From Hyaloraphidium curvatum SAG 235-1 (Eukaryota; Fungi; Monoblepharomycota): DNA of 64,000 bases. Location of the stretch: the NCBI GenBank assembly GCA_025558095.1, contig JAIVFI010000013.1, forward strand, positions 695,492-759,491, read 5' to 3'. A program made the translations under genes and the position numbers. The stretch's first letter is position 1, and the number at the start of each line of letters is the position of its first letter. Below, in pieces: positions 1-10,489 of the stretch. The notes beneath the pieces are model-generated. The model had not been told where the DNA came from and did not search any database. It saw only the letters and a program-made list of their open reading frames with translations.

Positions 1-3
1 TGC

Positions 4-1092
4 GTGCGGCACCGTGGACGCGGGAGGTCGCCCTCGCTCTGCCACAGCGTGCGACTCGACCTCACGGCGCAGGACGCGATGGAGACCGTGACCGTCATGC
101 ACCTGATCTTTGACTCTGGCGCCAGCGAGGAGTACCGCGAGTTCAAGACGAAGCTCCGTGCGCCGGTGGGCGCGGTCACCGCGGCGCTGGCGCGGGGCAC
201 GGGCATGCTGGCGGCCTTGGGACCCGCCGGCGAAGCGCTGTTCCGCAAGAACCGCTCCGCCACCAAGCACGCGTGCGCAAACTGCCGCAAGGACGCCGGC
301 GAACTCGCCACGTGGTGCGGCGCGTTCGCGTTGGAGGCGCGCGGCGGCGGCCGCGAGGTGTTCTGCGACGTGGTGGAGGTGCCGCACTGCGCCGGCGTCG
401 GCCGGTGCCGGGCCGTGGCGGAGAAGCTGCGAAAGGACAGCGTCACCGAGTTGCTTGCCCTGATGCGTGAGGACCCTTCGGCACCGAGCGGCAAGGTCAA
501 GGTGCCCTTCGAGGTCGTCGCGCTGGGGAGGCGTACGGCACCCTGCGAAGAGCGCCCCGCCGTTCTCCAGAAGAGCAGGGACATCGAAATGGACCCGGAA
601 CTCGCCTCCGCCGTTGCCGCTGCTTCTAGCGACCCGTCTCTGTTCCAACCTTTGCAGCAGCGCCTCTGGCCCCTCATCCGCGAAACGGGCATGGACGTGC
701 TCGAGCCGTATCAGCACCGCATTCCCTGTGCCAACTGCGGACGGCGGCCCGTGGACGGGGCGACCATGTACTCGTCCGTACCCGACGTGGCCGGGGGGCC
801 GGTGATGCTGTACATGCTGCCCGAGTGTGGCAAGGAGACCTGCTCCAGCAAGTTGACGAAGGAGACCGCGGACATGGCGATGGAGATGTCGTCGGTTGCG
901 GCCCGGGCGACGCCTTCGAAGCAAGCGCAGCATCTCGGGAGTGCGTGCGGCCGCTGCGGCCGCGTGTCCACGGACCCCAAGGTGGACTTCAAGCGTTGCG
1001 CAAGGTGCAAGAAGGCGCACTATTGCTCAGAGAGGTGCCAGAAGGAGGATTGGGCACTGCACAAGAACTTTTGCAACGTGAACTCGCGCTAG
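4..1092 (+). CDS. MYND zinc-finger protein, probably 5'-incomplete
   Basis: C-terminal CGRCG...CARCKKAHYCSERCQKEDWALHKNFC is a canonical MYND finger. Two upstream CANC...PxC units look like a duplicated Zn-binding module. Confidence 0.85.
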   Translation: MRHRGRGRSPSLCHSVRLDLTAQDAMETVTVMHLIFDSGASEEYREFKTKLRAPVGAVTAALARGTGMLAALGPAGEALFRKNRSATKHACANCRKDAGELATWCGAFALEARGGGREVFCDVVEVPHCAGVGRCRAVAEKLRKDSVTELLALMREDPSAPSGKVKVPFEVVALGRRTAPCEERPAVLQKSRDIEMDPELASAVAAASSDPSLFQPLQQRLWPLIRETGMDVLEPYQHRIPCANCGRRPVDGATMYSSVPDVAGGPVMLYMLPECGKETCSSKLTKETADMAMEMSSVAARATPSKQAQHLGSACGRCGRVSTDPKVDFKRCARCKKAHYCSERCQKEDWALHKNFCNVNSR

Positions 1093-1175
1093 TCGCTCCT
1101 TTTGTCTTCGTTTCATCTCCATTACGCAAACTACAAGATCGTCTTTGCATCACTTCACCCACTTCTCCACGAACC

Positions 1176-2757
1176 TCACCGCAGCGGGCACACGTTCTCC
1201 GCCGTCACAAACACGCTCGTCCGCAGAGCCGACCACAGCCCCACCCCCACCGTCAGTGCCGCCACCGCCAGCGCCCTCAGGTTCCCCGCCGACACCACGA
1301 ATCCCAAGACGCGGCTCCTGTACCCGTCGGCCTCGGCACAGCTGTCCAGCAGCGCGAGGTGCGCCTGCAGCGATGGTGCCAGCGGGTCGGAGCGGGCGAG
1401 GGCGAGGGAGAGCAGGGCGCGGGTTTCGCGGCGGGCGGACGTGAAGAGGGAGGACAGGAGGTCGATGTGGTGGTTGCTCAGGGCGGTGAGGGACAGGTCG
1501 ATGTAGACCAGGACAAAGGTGGCGGCGAGGCTGGCGAGGTTGTTCGCGGTGACGCAGGAGCCTGCGAACTTGAGTGGGGGCGCGGACGGGTGAGTGCGGG
1601 CGGGGCGGCCATGGCATGGCGGAACTCACGATGTTGGCGGCGATCGGGATGATCTCGACGGTGAGCAAGGACAGTGTGATGGAACCGATCTGCCGGGCGC
1701 GGAACTTCCATGCCAGGGCAATGAGCTGGTGCAGGCGGTAGTAGAGGAACTCGGGGGGGTCCGCTCCCAGGTCCTGCCTCGCGGCGGCGTCCTCCGGCTC
1801 CGACAGGGCGTGCTTGAAGCGGAGCACGACCGAGGAAAGTGCCTCGGAAACGGCCCGCCGGGCAAGGCGGAACTCGAGGTCCATGGCCGGGGGGGAACCC
1901 CAGTTCATTCCGACACCGTTGATCCAATGGAACCCCACGCACGCGACGACGCTCAGCATGGCGAGAATAGCGCTCCACGATGTCGTCCAGGTCCTTGCGG
2001 CAAACGTGACCAGCGGGGTCCACGTCGCCGTGAGGAAGTTGCCCACGCCGAAGGCGAGGCACACGAACACGGAGAACGCGATGCTCCAGCGCACCGCGCG
2101 CGCGGGGATGCCGCCGCAGCACGACGGCCGCGGGCAGGTGCAGAAGCGGTCTCCCGAGACGTGCCGCAGGAAGAGCCCGGGCTTGTCCGCTACCTCGCCG
2201 GATGCGATCCGGGCGCCCTGGCAGAGCTGCATCCACCTCGCGATCCCGGCCTGCTGGACGCCGTCCAGGAGGTCCTTGTCGCCCTCGGGGAGGGCGATGC
2301 GGTCTCCCGCAGCGGCGCCCTCGGCGCCATCCACGTGCGAGAAGGGCCTGAACCGGATGGCGAGGCCAACGCCTACCGCGGCGACAAAGTACGCCACGTT
2401 CGCAAAGACGATCTGAAGGGTCCCGAAGCGGCCGTCGTTAAACACGTAGACCGCGGCGTAGAGCGCCGTCACGGAGCAGCCGTAGACCACCTGCCGGACC
2501 CACGTGCGGTTCCCGCCGAAGAACGCGGCCGCCGCGGCCAGCCGCACGCGGAGGATGGCGACGAGCAGCGGTTCCGCGGAAAGCGCCCGGAGCAGCGCGG
2601 ATTTCGTGAGGGGGCGCGCACTGCGAGCTTCAGCAGCGAGGTCGGCGGGCGGAGGAACGGCGGGCGCGACAGGCGGCGGTTCCGTAGCGGGGAGCGGTGC
2701 GGGAAGCAGTGCCAGCCATTCCGACTCTGTCAGTTCGGGCTCTGGCGACGCGTCCAT
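1176..2757 (-). CDS. Multi-pass membrane protein (~7 TM), candidate gustatory-receptor-like/7TMIC
   Basis: Starts MDASPEP at 2757. A GT-AG intron at 1569-1629 restores the frame to ...[48 protein letters not shown]. Several hydrophobic helices are present. Confidence 0.7.
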
Positions 2758-2911
2758 CGTCCGCGCAGCTCCTCGTGCGAGCAATCGGCGGGGCGACAAT
2801 CCCTTGGCGGGGCGTGGAGGCGGGCGGGGGCAAGGCGGGGAAGTCTCCCATCATTCTCGCAGCACTGCTTCAACAGGTCCTCTCCGAGGCCGTTAGCAGC
2901 ACTCACGAGCC

Positions 2912-3747
2912 ATGGACCGCGTCGCCAAGCTGATCGAAGCGGCGAAAATGCGAGGTGGGCAGCCCGATGCCCGCGGCAACGCGTCGAGCGTCGGGGGCTC
3001 AACGAAGCTCCCTCTCCGGCCCTCCGACCAGCCGACCACCCCTTAGTCAAACCCCTCGCTCTCCTCGCCGGCTCCGTCCTCGCCCTCAAGCTCGCGCTGA
3101 TGGTGCGGGCGGACTACCGCGCCTGGGTCGCCCTCGGCGTCGGGGGCCTGCCGCACACCCTCAAAGGCTACCTCACCATGTGCGCCTTCCGCGCGCTCTC
3201 CCGCAGCGGGCTCGACACGCGCAGGCTCGAGGCCGCGGGATTGGACGAGCGTCATGCGGGGACGCTGCCGGAAAGGGGCCGGCGCCGCCCCGAAGTCGCG
3301 CCGCACCCCGTGCCGCAGAGGCAGCTCACGCAGACCGGCACGCCCGAGTCGCTTGCTCGCCTGCAGGGCATCTGCGACCGCGCGGTGTCGGCGAGCGGGG
3401 GCGAGGCCGTCTACAAGCAGTCGCATTTCGAGCGGCACAACCGCGCCGTGTGCCTCGTCGAGTCGGCGTGCGGCCATCCCGACGCCGCCATCTCGTTCGG
3501 CGAGGTCGGCCACGTGCATCCCTCGGACGGCTCCATGCACCTCGTGCTCTCGGCGGGGGATTCCTTCGAGGCGCTGGCAAAGGGGTGGGGGGAGCTTCAC
3601 GGGCTGGCGGGGTTCGGGGGGAAGCTGCCGGCGGGGTACACGTTCGTCTACGCGCCGGAAAAGGAGGGGGACTTTGCGGTGGTGGAGACGCTGCTGGGGG
3701 CCGCGATGGCGCACCTGAAGCACCGGCCCGCGGAAAGCAAGCAGTAA
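2912..3747 (+). CDS. DUF5519/luciferase-like domain protein
   Basis: MDRVAKLIEAAKMR, then an intron (~2955-3031), then an N-terminal TM segment. Motifs DYRAWVALGVGGLPH, PHPVPQRQ, EVGHVHPSDGSMHLVLS, GWGELHGLAG and YAP match the family that includes fungal Luz. Confidence 0.8.
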
Positions 3748-3932
3748 CGAATCCTCCAATGCTACCAGACGGGTCAACGAGCCATCAGTTTGGAGAGCTG
3801 TCTACTTTCGTGTTGCTTTTACATCGTTGAAACCTCCCAACCCCGCACGCCAAAGATCCAATCATCTACATCCCCATGGCACCGTGCCCGAAAGAAAGAT
3901 CGAATGTCAAACAACCCGACGGCAAGGCGGGC

Positions 3933-5732
3933 TCAGTCGAGGTCCGCGATCACCACGTGCGACCCGTCGTCCCTCGCCATGGACCTCACCACCCGCAGCA
4001 GCTCCTCCGCCCCGCCGACCCAATCCTCCCCCGCCTTGCGCTTCCTCGTCTCGTCCTGCTCCACCTCCATCCCGTCCACCTGCTCCCCGACCGCCCGCAC
4101 CGTCCCGACCTTGCGGCAGACGGGGCACCGCACTTCCTCCCCCGAGGTGGGCATCGCGTACCCCCGCACGCTCAGCAGACCCGCGAGGCACTCGGCGTGG
4201 AAGCGGTGCCCGCACCCCGCCATCTCCCGCAGCGAGCGGTTCCACGCGTCGATCGCGTCGGTGCCCCTGATCTCCGCGCCGGCAGGCACGGGGATCCCTT
4301 CGGCCGCCGCGAGCTCCGCCGCCAGCGCGGGTGTGCCCTGCGGCGCGCGCAGGCACCGCCCGACCACCCTCCGCATCTCGCAGCCGTCCGACTCGGGCTC
4401 CTCCGCCGGCTCCTCCTCCTCCTCCTCGGACGGCAGCCCCATCATCTCGGCGCGCACCTCCACCGCGTTGCCCTCCGGCTCCGGGTCCACCTTCCACAGC
4501 GCCATCCGCTCCCCGACCCCCGCGTCGAACGCCGGGTCCCCCGTCGGCAGCTCGTACCTGCACGCCGGGCACGCGTTGCTCTGGTTCCTGAGCCACGGCG
4601 CGAGGCACGGCAGGTGGAACAGGTGGCTGCACGGCATGCGCACCACCACCTTGTCGTACTCCGAGTCCGATGCCGGCGGGGGGGGCACCGCGCCCTGCGG
4701 GAGGTCCTCGAAGCACACGGTGCAGCTCCGGTTGCGCTCCCACAGCTTCCTGGTGACGTAGCGCATCACCGGCAGCCGGCGGATGGCGTCGTTCGAGGCC
4801 GTGGGGGGCCGGCCGCGGTCGGATTCCCACGTGCCCTGCGGGCCGCCGCCGGGGCCGAAGAAGAAGGCGGGGTGGAGGAAGGCGGTGCCGGGGGGGAACA
4901 GCTGCGCGAGGACGGCGGGGGGGAGGTTGGTGAGGGGGGTGAGGTGGTAGTGCACCGCGCCCTGCTCTCCCGCTTGGGCGCCGGCGGCCTGCGGTGCGGC
5001 TGCGGGGTCGGGCTGCCCCTCCGCGGCCTGGGCGGGCCCGCCCGCGGCGTCCCCGTGGCCCTCCTCAGGGGCTCCCGCGTGGCCGGTGACGACGAACGGG
5101 CCGACCGCCGGGTGCCAGAAGATCGGGTAGCCCGAGGGGGTGAGCGACATGTTGATCGCGTTGGGCAGGAAGTAGGTCGGCGTGGGCGGGGCCGGCGAGG
5201 CTGCCGACGGAGGGGGCGCGGCGGTGCCGGGCAGGTGCGTGCCGGGTACCCGGGCGGGGATCGAGGCGATGGGCTCCAGCGGCGGGGGCGAGTCCGGGGC
5301 GGGAGAGGGCTGCGAGACGACCACGTGCGGGTGCGGCGGGCGGGAGCGGGGGGCGGGCGGCGGGGCGGCGGCCGGCAGATCAGGCCCGCTGGCGGTGGCA
5401 GACGCCTGTGCCGGAGGCCGGGGGTCCGCCGCGGGGGCGGGCTGGGCCTGCGGTGCCGGGGGGTTGGGGGCCGGGGCCGCCCCGCCGAGCGACTCCCTGC
5501 CATTGCCCGCCGGCCCGCTCGGCGGCGTCATCATGCTCTGCATCACGCCGCTGCGCCGCGGGATGAAGTACTGGAACAGGAACGTCCACCGCGGCAGCCG
5601 GCTGCCCCCGCCGCTGCCGTGTTCCAGCGCCGCCCCTTCGGCGGGTTGCGCCTGCCCGGCGGGCCCGCCCGGCCGCGGGGACTCGTTCCGGGACCCCTCG
5701 GGTGCGCTTCCGTCGCCGTTGTTGTCCTGCAT
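3933..5732 (-). CDS. RING-type E3 ubiquitin ligase with two RING fingers
   Basis: First finger CTVCFEDL...MPCSHLFHLPCLAPWL...CPACR. Second finger ...GCGHRFHAECL...CPVCR. Pro/Ala-rich N-terminus. Confidence 0.85.
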   Translation of the reverse strand: MQDNNGDGSAPEGSRNESPRPGGPAGQAQPAEGAALEHGSGGGSRLPRWTFLFQYFIPRRSGVMQSMMTPPSGPAGNGRESLGGAAPAPNPPAPQAQPAPAADPRPPAQASATASGPDLPAAAPPPAPRSRPPHPHVVVSQPSPAPDSPPPLEPIASIPARVPGTHLPGTAAPPPSAASPAPPTPTYFLPNAINMSLTPSGYPIFWHPAVGPFVVTGHAGAPEEGHGDAAGGPAQAAEGQPDPAAAPQAAGAQAGEQGAVHYHLTPLTNLPPAVLAQLFPPGTAFLHPAFFFGPGGGPQGTWESDRGRPPTASNDAIRRLPVMRYVTRKLWERNRSCTVCFEDLPQGAVPPPPASDSEYDKVVVRMPCSHLFHLPCLAPWLRNQSNACPACRYELPTGDPAFDAGVGERMALWKVDPEPEGNAVEVRAEMMGLPSEEEEEEPAEEPESDGCEMRRVVGRCLRAPQGTPALAAELAAAEGIPVPAGAEIRGTDAIDAWNRSLREMAGCGHRFHAECLAGLLSVRGYAMPTSGEEVRCPVCRKVGTVRAVGEQVDGMEVEQDETRKRKAGEDWVGGAEELLRVVRSMARDDGSHVVIADLD

Positions 5733-6153
5733 CGTTCGCGATGGCCTTTCGAGCGCGCTGGAAACCGGTGGAGCTTTTGAGAGCCGCGGGTGCAAGCCAC
5801 AACTCCGATGGGCCCTTTCGAACGCGGTGGAAGGCCCGCCCCGGATCCGCCGCTGGCGACCGCAATCGCCCAGTAAACGGCCGAAATAATGATCGATGGA
5901 TTGCAGCACGAGAATCCGCACGGCATTGCCCGCGATCGGATGCAACAGGCAAGCGCAGGGGCGTCGGACGGGCGGGCCGCGCGGCGCCGCCAAGCTGCGA
6001 AGATCGCCCCGGATCCCGGCCCATTCCCAGCAAACCGCGCGGTTACTGTGTCGCATGAGATGAATGCAGTGCAATTGATTGCATATGGGATATTCGCCGA
6101 CACCTGAATTCAAATGGCGCGGGCCATGGGCAATGATATCCTTTTTCAGGCGT

Positions 6154-6227
6154 TGCGTGAGGGCAAGCCCCGGGCGAGGCGGCGGTAGCGGTCTTCGATT
6201 TGTATACGCACTGGAGCCCAACACGAC
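6154..6227 (-). repeat. Dispersed ~75 bp repeat, copy 1 (inverted relative to 10271-10349)
   Basis: The reverse complement contains TACAAATCGAAGACCGCTACCGCCGCCTCGCCCGGGGCTTGCCCTCACGCA, with 5 mismatches in 51 nt to copy 2, plus a shared GTGTTGGGCTC. Confidence 0.8.
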
Positions 6228-6579
6228 ACCTGAACGAGGACAAGAGTTGTTTCCGTCAAAGCTATCTGAATATGACAGGCCAAAACCGCTCTTATCCTTG
6301 TTCTGCCTACGTAGTCCTCCGAATCTCCAATGCTGATGCTGATTGTGTCTGTTCGGCGGGAATCGTCGTTAGCAGGGGGCCGGGATGATCAAAAATGGCA
6401 CGTACAGCCGCACACCCCGAAGAATCACTCGAGGACCTCAACGGACTGGCGTGCGCGATCGAGGCGGAAAGAAAAGATCGGAGTGGCTCAGGATATGATG
6501 CGGCATACTGCGGACCGTCACAGTGGTGCTCCAACATGGTGACACCAAACAGCCATTCCATCGAACCTCGTTCGCCAAT

Positions 6580-8473
6580 TCACCCCTCCGAATCCGACGA
6601 GAACCAATCCGACGCCCTCATCCTCGGCGGCGGCGGCGGCTCCCTGCTCCTCGCGATCTGCGGCACCGCCGGGCCGTCCGGCGGCTCGCCGAACTCGTCC
6701 TGGTCGGGCACGCCGTCCGACGACGACGAACCGCGGGTACGCCCGATCCCCGTCCCGTCCCCGCGATCGTGCCGGTGCCGCTTGCTCCGCCCGCTTTCGT
6801 CCTCGTCCGATCCGCCGCCGCCGCGCTCCTTCCGCTTCCTGCTCCCCCCGTCGACGTCCCCCTCGCGATCGCCGTGCCTGCTCTGGTCGGACCCGCGCCG
6901 GGAACGGTGTCCGTGCGGGATCTCGACCCGCTTCTCGACCCACACTTCCTCCTCCTCGGACTTGGGCTTGGCGGTGCGGTTCGCAGCGGGAGGCGGGTCG
7001 CGGTCGCGCGGCGTCGCGGCGTCGGGCTTGACGGAAGGCGGCGGCGGAGGAGGCGGAAGGCGGGGCAGCGAGACGGATTGGGGAACGGCGGGCTGCGGCG
7101 GGTTGGTCGTGGTCGGCGGCCGGGGCGGGAGGGGAGGTCGGGGGGGAGGCGTCGGCGTGCGGGGCTTCCCGGCATGGTTGGAGCTCCGGCGTTCCGGGTC
7201 CCTCGACTGGCGCGGATGAAGCAAAACATAGTGCAAGGGTCATTGATGACCATTGCGCGATGCCGCAATCCGCGCCTACCGTGCTCCGCCGCCGCGACGA
7301 GTGCCTCCCGTTCCTGCCGTTGCTGCTCCTCCGCTCCGGGGACCTTGCGCGGCGCTCTTCCACGTAGTAGTCGTCGTCGGCGTAGCGCTTTGCGATGCGG
7401 TGGCCGTTGACGTAGTCCGGATCTACGCCGCGCAGGGAAAGCCTCCTCGACGGCTCCCTCGACCTGTCGCGGTCGCGCTCGCGGTGCCAATCCCGAACGT
7501 CGCGCTCGCTTCGTTCCGAGTCCGAGTTCCAGGAGCTGCGCCTCGCATTTTCTTGCCGATCCGCCCGCCGATCGTCCCCCCCCTCGCGCGCCCGCGGCCC
7601 CCTCCCCGCGCCGTCGATCCGGACCTCCAACCCCCCCTCCGAATCCTCGCGCACGCGCCTGTCCCCCGCATCCGGCTCCATCCTCGCCGCGGCGCCGAGG
7701 ATGTGCACCTGCCCGCGGGAGTAGGCGGCGTCGGCGGCCGGATCGCCGCGGTACACGTGGCGGTCGGGGGCGGGGCTTTCCAGGCGCGCGGCGGCGCCGA
7801 GGAAGTGCACCTGCCCGCTCGCGCCTGCCGATTCCCCGGAGCGGGTTTGCTCCGCATGCGCGTTGCCGCCGCTGGAACCCCAGGGTGCCGGCGATGCTGA
7901 CTTGGCCCTTCCCGCCGCGATCGCCTCCCCCGCCTCCTTCCACGCCGGCGCGCCCGGCTCCCTCTTGCTGAAGTTCCCGCTCCTGTACGCCTTCTTGGGG
8001 TCCTTGATCCCCTGCACCACCACGTCCCCCCTGGCCAGGACGCGGCAGCACTTGCCGTGCTCCGACCCGACCTGCCCCGCGAACTTCATCGGCGGCCCGG
8101 GGACCCACTTGGGCACCATGCCGTATAGCTCGCGGAGGTCGGCCATGGAGACGGTGGTTCCCTCGGGCACGAGGGCGTGCACGCGCTTGCGGAAGGAGGG
8201 GTCGCCGGCGGCCAGCAGCTGCCTGTCGTGCTCGGCGAGGCGGACGAAGCGCCGCCCGCTCGGCATCCGCACGACCTCCAGCGCGAGGCGGGTGCTTTGG
8301 GAGAGGAGGCAGTACCGCTCGGCGTTGGCGTGGTTCATGGGGGCGCGGAGGGCGGCGCGGGTGGCCGCGGGGAGGCGCGACTCGAGGTCCTCGAGGGGGA
8401 CGAACAGCGAGACGGAGAGGAGCGTGCTGGCCGCCTGCAGCGCGACGAGCTCGTCGGGGGTGATTTCTGCCAT
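6580..8473 (-). CDS. Hypothetical protein with a globular N-terminus and an Arg/Asp/Pro-rich low-complexity tail
   Basis: MAEITPDEL start with coding-like codon usage. Probable intron near 7210-7280. Internal duplication GQVH(F/I)LGAAAR(L/M)E. Confidence 0.6.
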
Positions 8474-8736
8474 GGCGGGGCGGGGGAAGGGAGGCACGGG
8501 GAGGCCCGCGAAGCGAGGGGGAAAGTGACGCGTGGGGAGGCGTCGTACGACTCGACGTGACACCTTCGCAATCCGACTCGACGCGCACCTTCGCAATACC
8601 CAGGAGGCCATCGCGCTAAACACTCGTTTGCCTGCCGTCATATATTCATCCCGACGAGGAGGACTTTAGGAGCTAGCGAGATCACATCCCCGCTGGCGGA
8701 TTCGCGCGAAGAAATGGGGTACCTTCCATGCCGGCT

Positions 8737-10179
8737 TCAAACCCCCGGCGGCGGCGGCACCCTCCCCAGCACCTCCTCCATCGCCATCCCGATGCCCAGC
8801 AGCCTCCGATCGCTCCCCAGCGGCCCGTCGATCTCCAATCCCCACGGCAGCCCGCCGTCGAGCAGGCCCGCGGGCACCGACAGGCCCGGCAGGCCGGCGC
8901 AGCTCGCCGGGCCCGTGTTGCGGAGGAAGGCGACGAACGTGTCGATCTCGGCGCCGTCGATGCTCGCGGTACCGGATCCGTGGAGCTCGTCGATCTCGAC
9001 GGCGGCCATGATCGCCGTGGGGAACAGCAGCGCGTCCAGCCGGTGCGACGCAAAGGTGCGCCGGTAGAGGGCCTGAAGGGCAGGCCGGTGCACGCCGATG
9101 ACTTCCGCGTAGGGGCCCTCCTGGGCCGCGAGGATCCCGTACACGATTTGACGCACGTCGGGGCTCGCCACCTGCGCCGCGATCGCCTCGATGGTGATCG
9201 TTTCGGCGAGCCCGCTCGCGGCGAGGTACGCCGACATGTCCTCCCGGAACGCGTGCCCTGACGCCCCGTTGTTCACGCGGTCGCTGAGCTCGAACAGCTC
9301 CGGGATCGAGAGGTCGACTAGGGTCGCGCCCGCTGCCTCGAGCTTCGCGCGGGCGGCGGCGGCGGCTTTCGCCACCCGGGCCTCCAGGCCCTCCCAGCAC
9401 TCTTTCGGCACGCCGAGCCGCACGCCCGCCAGCGGAACCGCCTGCACCGTTTCGGTGCCGGTGATCACCGCATCCAAGAGGGCGACGTCGGTGACCGTGC
9501 GCCCCATCGGACCCACGGTGTCGCGGACGCGGCTGATCGGCACGACGGCGCCGTCGTCGTCGTATCGGCACTGCGTGCCGCCGTCTCCCAAGGACGGCCG
9601 CAGCCCGGCGATGCCGCACAGCGCGGCCGGCACGCGGGTGGAACCGCCGGTGTCGGTTCCCAGCCCGCACGTGGCGACGCGCGCGGCGACGGCGGCTGCG
9701 GTGCCGCCGGACGATCCCCCGGGGATGCGCGTCTTGTCGTACGGGTTGCGCACGGCGCCGAAGGCGGCGTTCGTGCTCGTGAAGCCGAACGCGAGCTCGT
9801 GCATGTTGGTCTTGCCCAGCACGACGGCGCCTGCTTCGACCAGCCGGGGCACCGACGGTGCGGTGTTTGCCGGGGCACAACCGCGCAGGGCGGGCGTGCC
9901 CGCCGTGGTCGGCATCCCCGCGAGGTTGATGTTGTCCTTGACGACCACCGGCAGGCCGGCCAGCGGGCCCGGCGCCTCCCCGGCGGCACGCGCGGCATCG
10001 ATTCTGTCAGCGGCAGCAAGCGCGCCGGCCTCGTCGACGGCGACGAACGCGTTCAAGTCGGCGCAGGCGCGTGCGCGGTCGAGCGCCGCGCGGACCAGCG
10101 CCCGCGCAGTGGTGGTGCCCTCGCGCACGGCCGCGACGGCCTCGGCGGCGGACAGCGACAGGAGGGGATCGGCGGGCAT
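8737..10179 (-). CDS. Amidase-signature enzyme (indoleacetamide/mandelamide hydrolase-like), intronless
   Basis: VVVKDNI, GKTNMHELAFG, PGGSSGG and GTDTGGSTRVPAALCG; the Lys-Ser-Ser triad is intact. Confidence 0.92.
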   Translation of the reverse strand: MPADPLLSLSAAEAVAAVREGTTTARALVRAALDRARACADLNAFVAVDEAGALAAADRIDAARAAGEAPGPLAGLPVVVKDNINLAGMPTTAGTPALRGCAPANTAPSVPRLVEAGAVVLGKTNMHELAFGFTSTNAAFGAVRNPYDKTRIPGGSSGGTAAAVAARVATCGLGTDTGGSTRVPAALCGIAGLRPSLGDGGTQCRYDDDGAVVPISRVRDTVGPMGRTVTDVALLDAVITGTETVQAVPLAGVRLGVPKECWEGLEARVAKAAAAARAKLEAAGATLVDLSIPELFELSDRVNNGASGHAFREDMSAYLAASGLAETITIEAIAAQVASPDVRQIVYGILAAQEGPYAEVIGVHRPALQALYRRTFASHRLDALLFPTAIMAAVEIDELHGSGTASIDGAEIDTFVAFLRNTGPASCAGLPGLSVPAGLLDGGLPWGLEIDGPLGSDRRLLGIGMAMEEVLGRVPPPPGV

Positions 10180-10270
10180 CGCGGCTCCGGAGGAGGGCGA
10201 ATGCGGCGGACGGTCGTCGCGTTCTGGAACGAGAAGACGGTGTCACTCCGATCGTCTCCCACGCCGATCG

Positions 10271-10349
10271 GTCGTGTGTTGGGCTCGTCCTGCGCGTGTA
10301 CAAATCAAAGACCGCTACCACCGCCTCCGCCGGGGCTTGCCCGCACGCA
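10271..10349 (+). repeat. Dispersed ~75 bp repeat, copy 2
   Basis: TACAAATCAAAGACCGCTACCACCGCCTCCGCCGGGGCTTGCCCGCACGCA matches the reverse complement of 6154-6204. Confidence 0.8.
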
Positions 10350-10489
10350 TGATCGGTCGGTCGGTGACGTGATGTATCGGGGTTGGGGGGCGCTCAGCGT
10401 CCGGCTTCTGGAGAAACTAGTGCATTCCTGGCCAGAGGGGAGACAGCGGGCTCCAAGCAACTGCTCCCGCTGCATCCCAACATTCGCCC

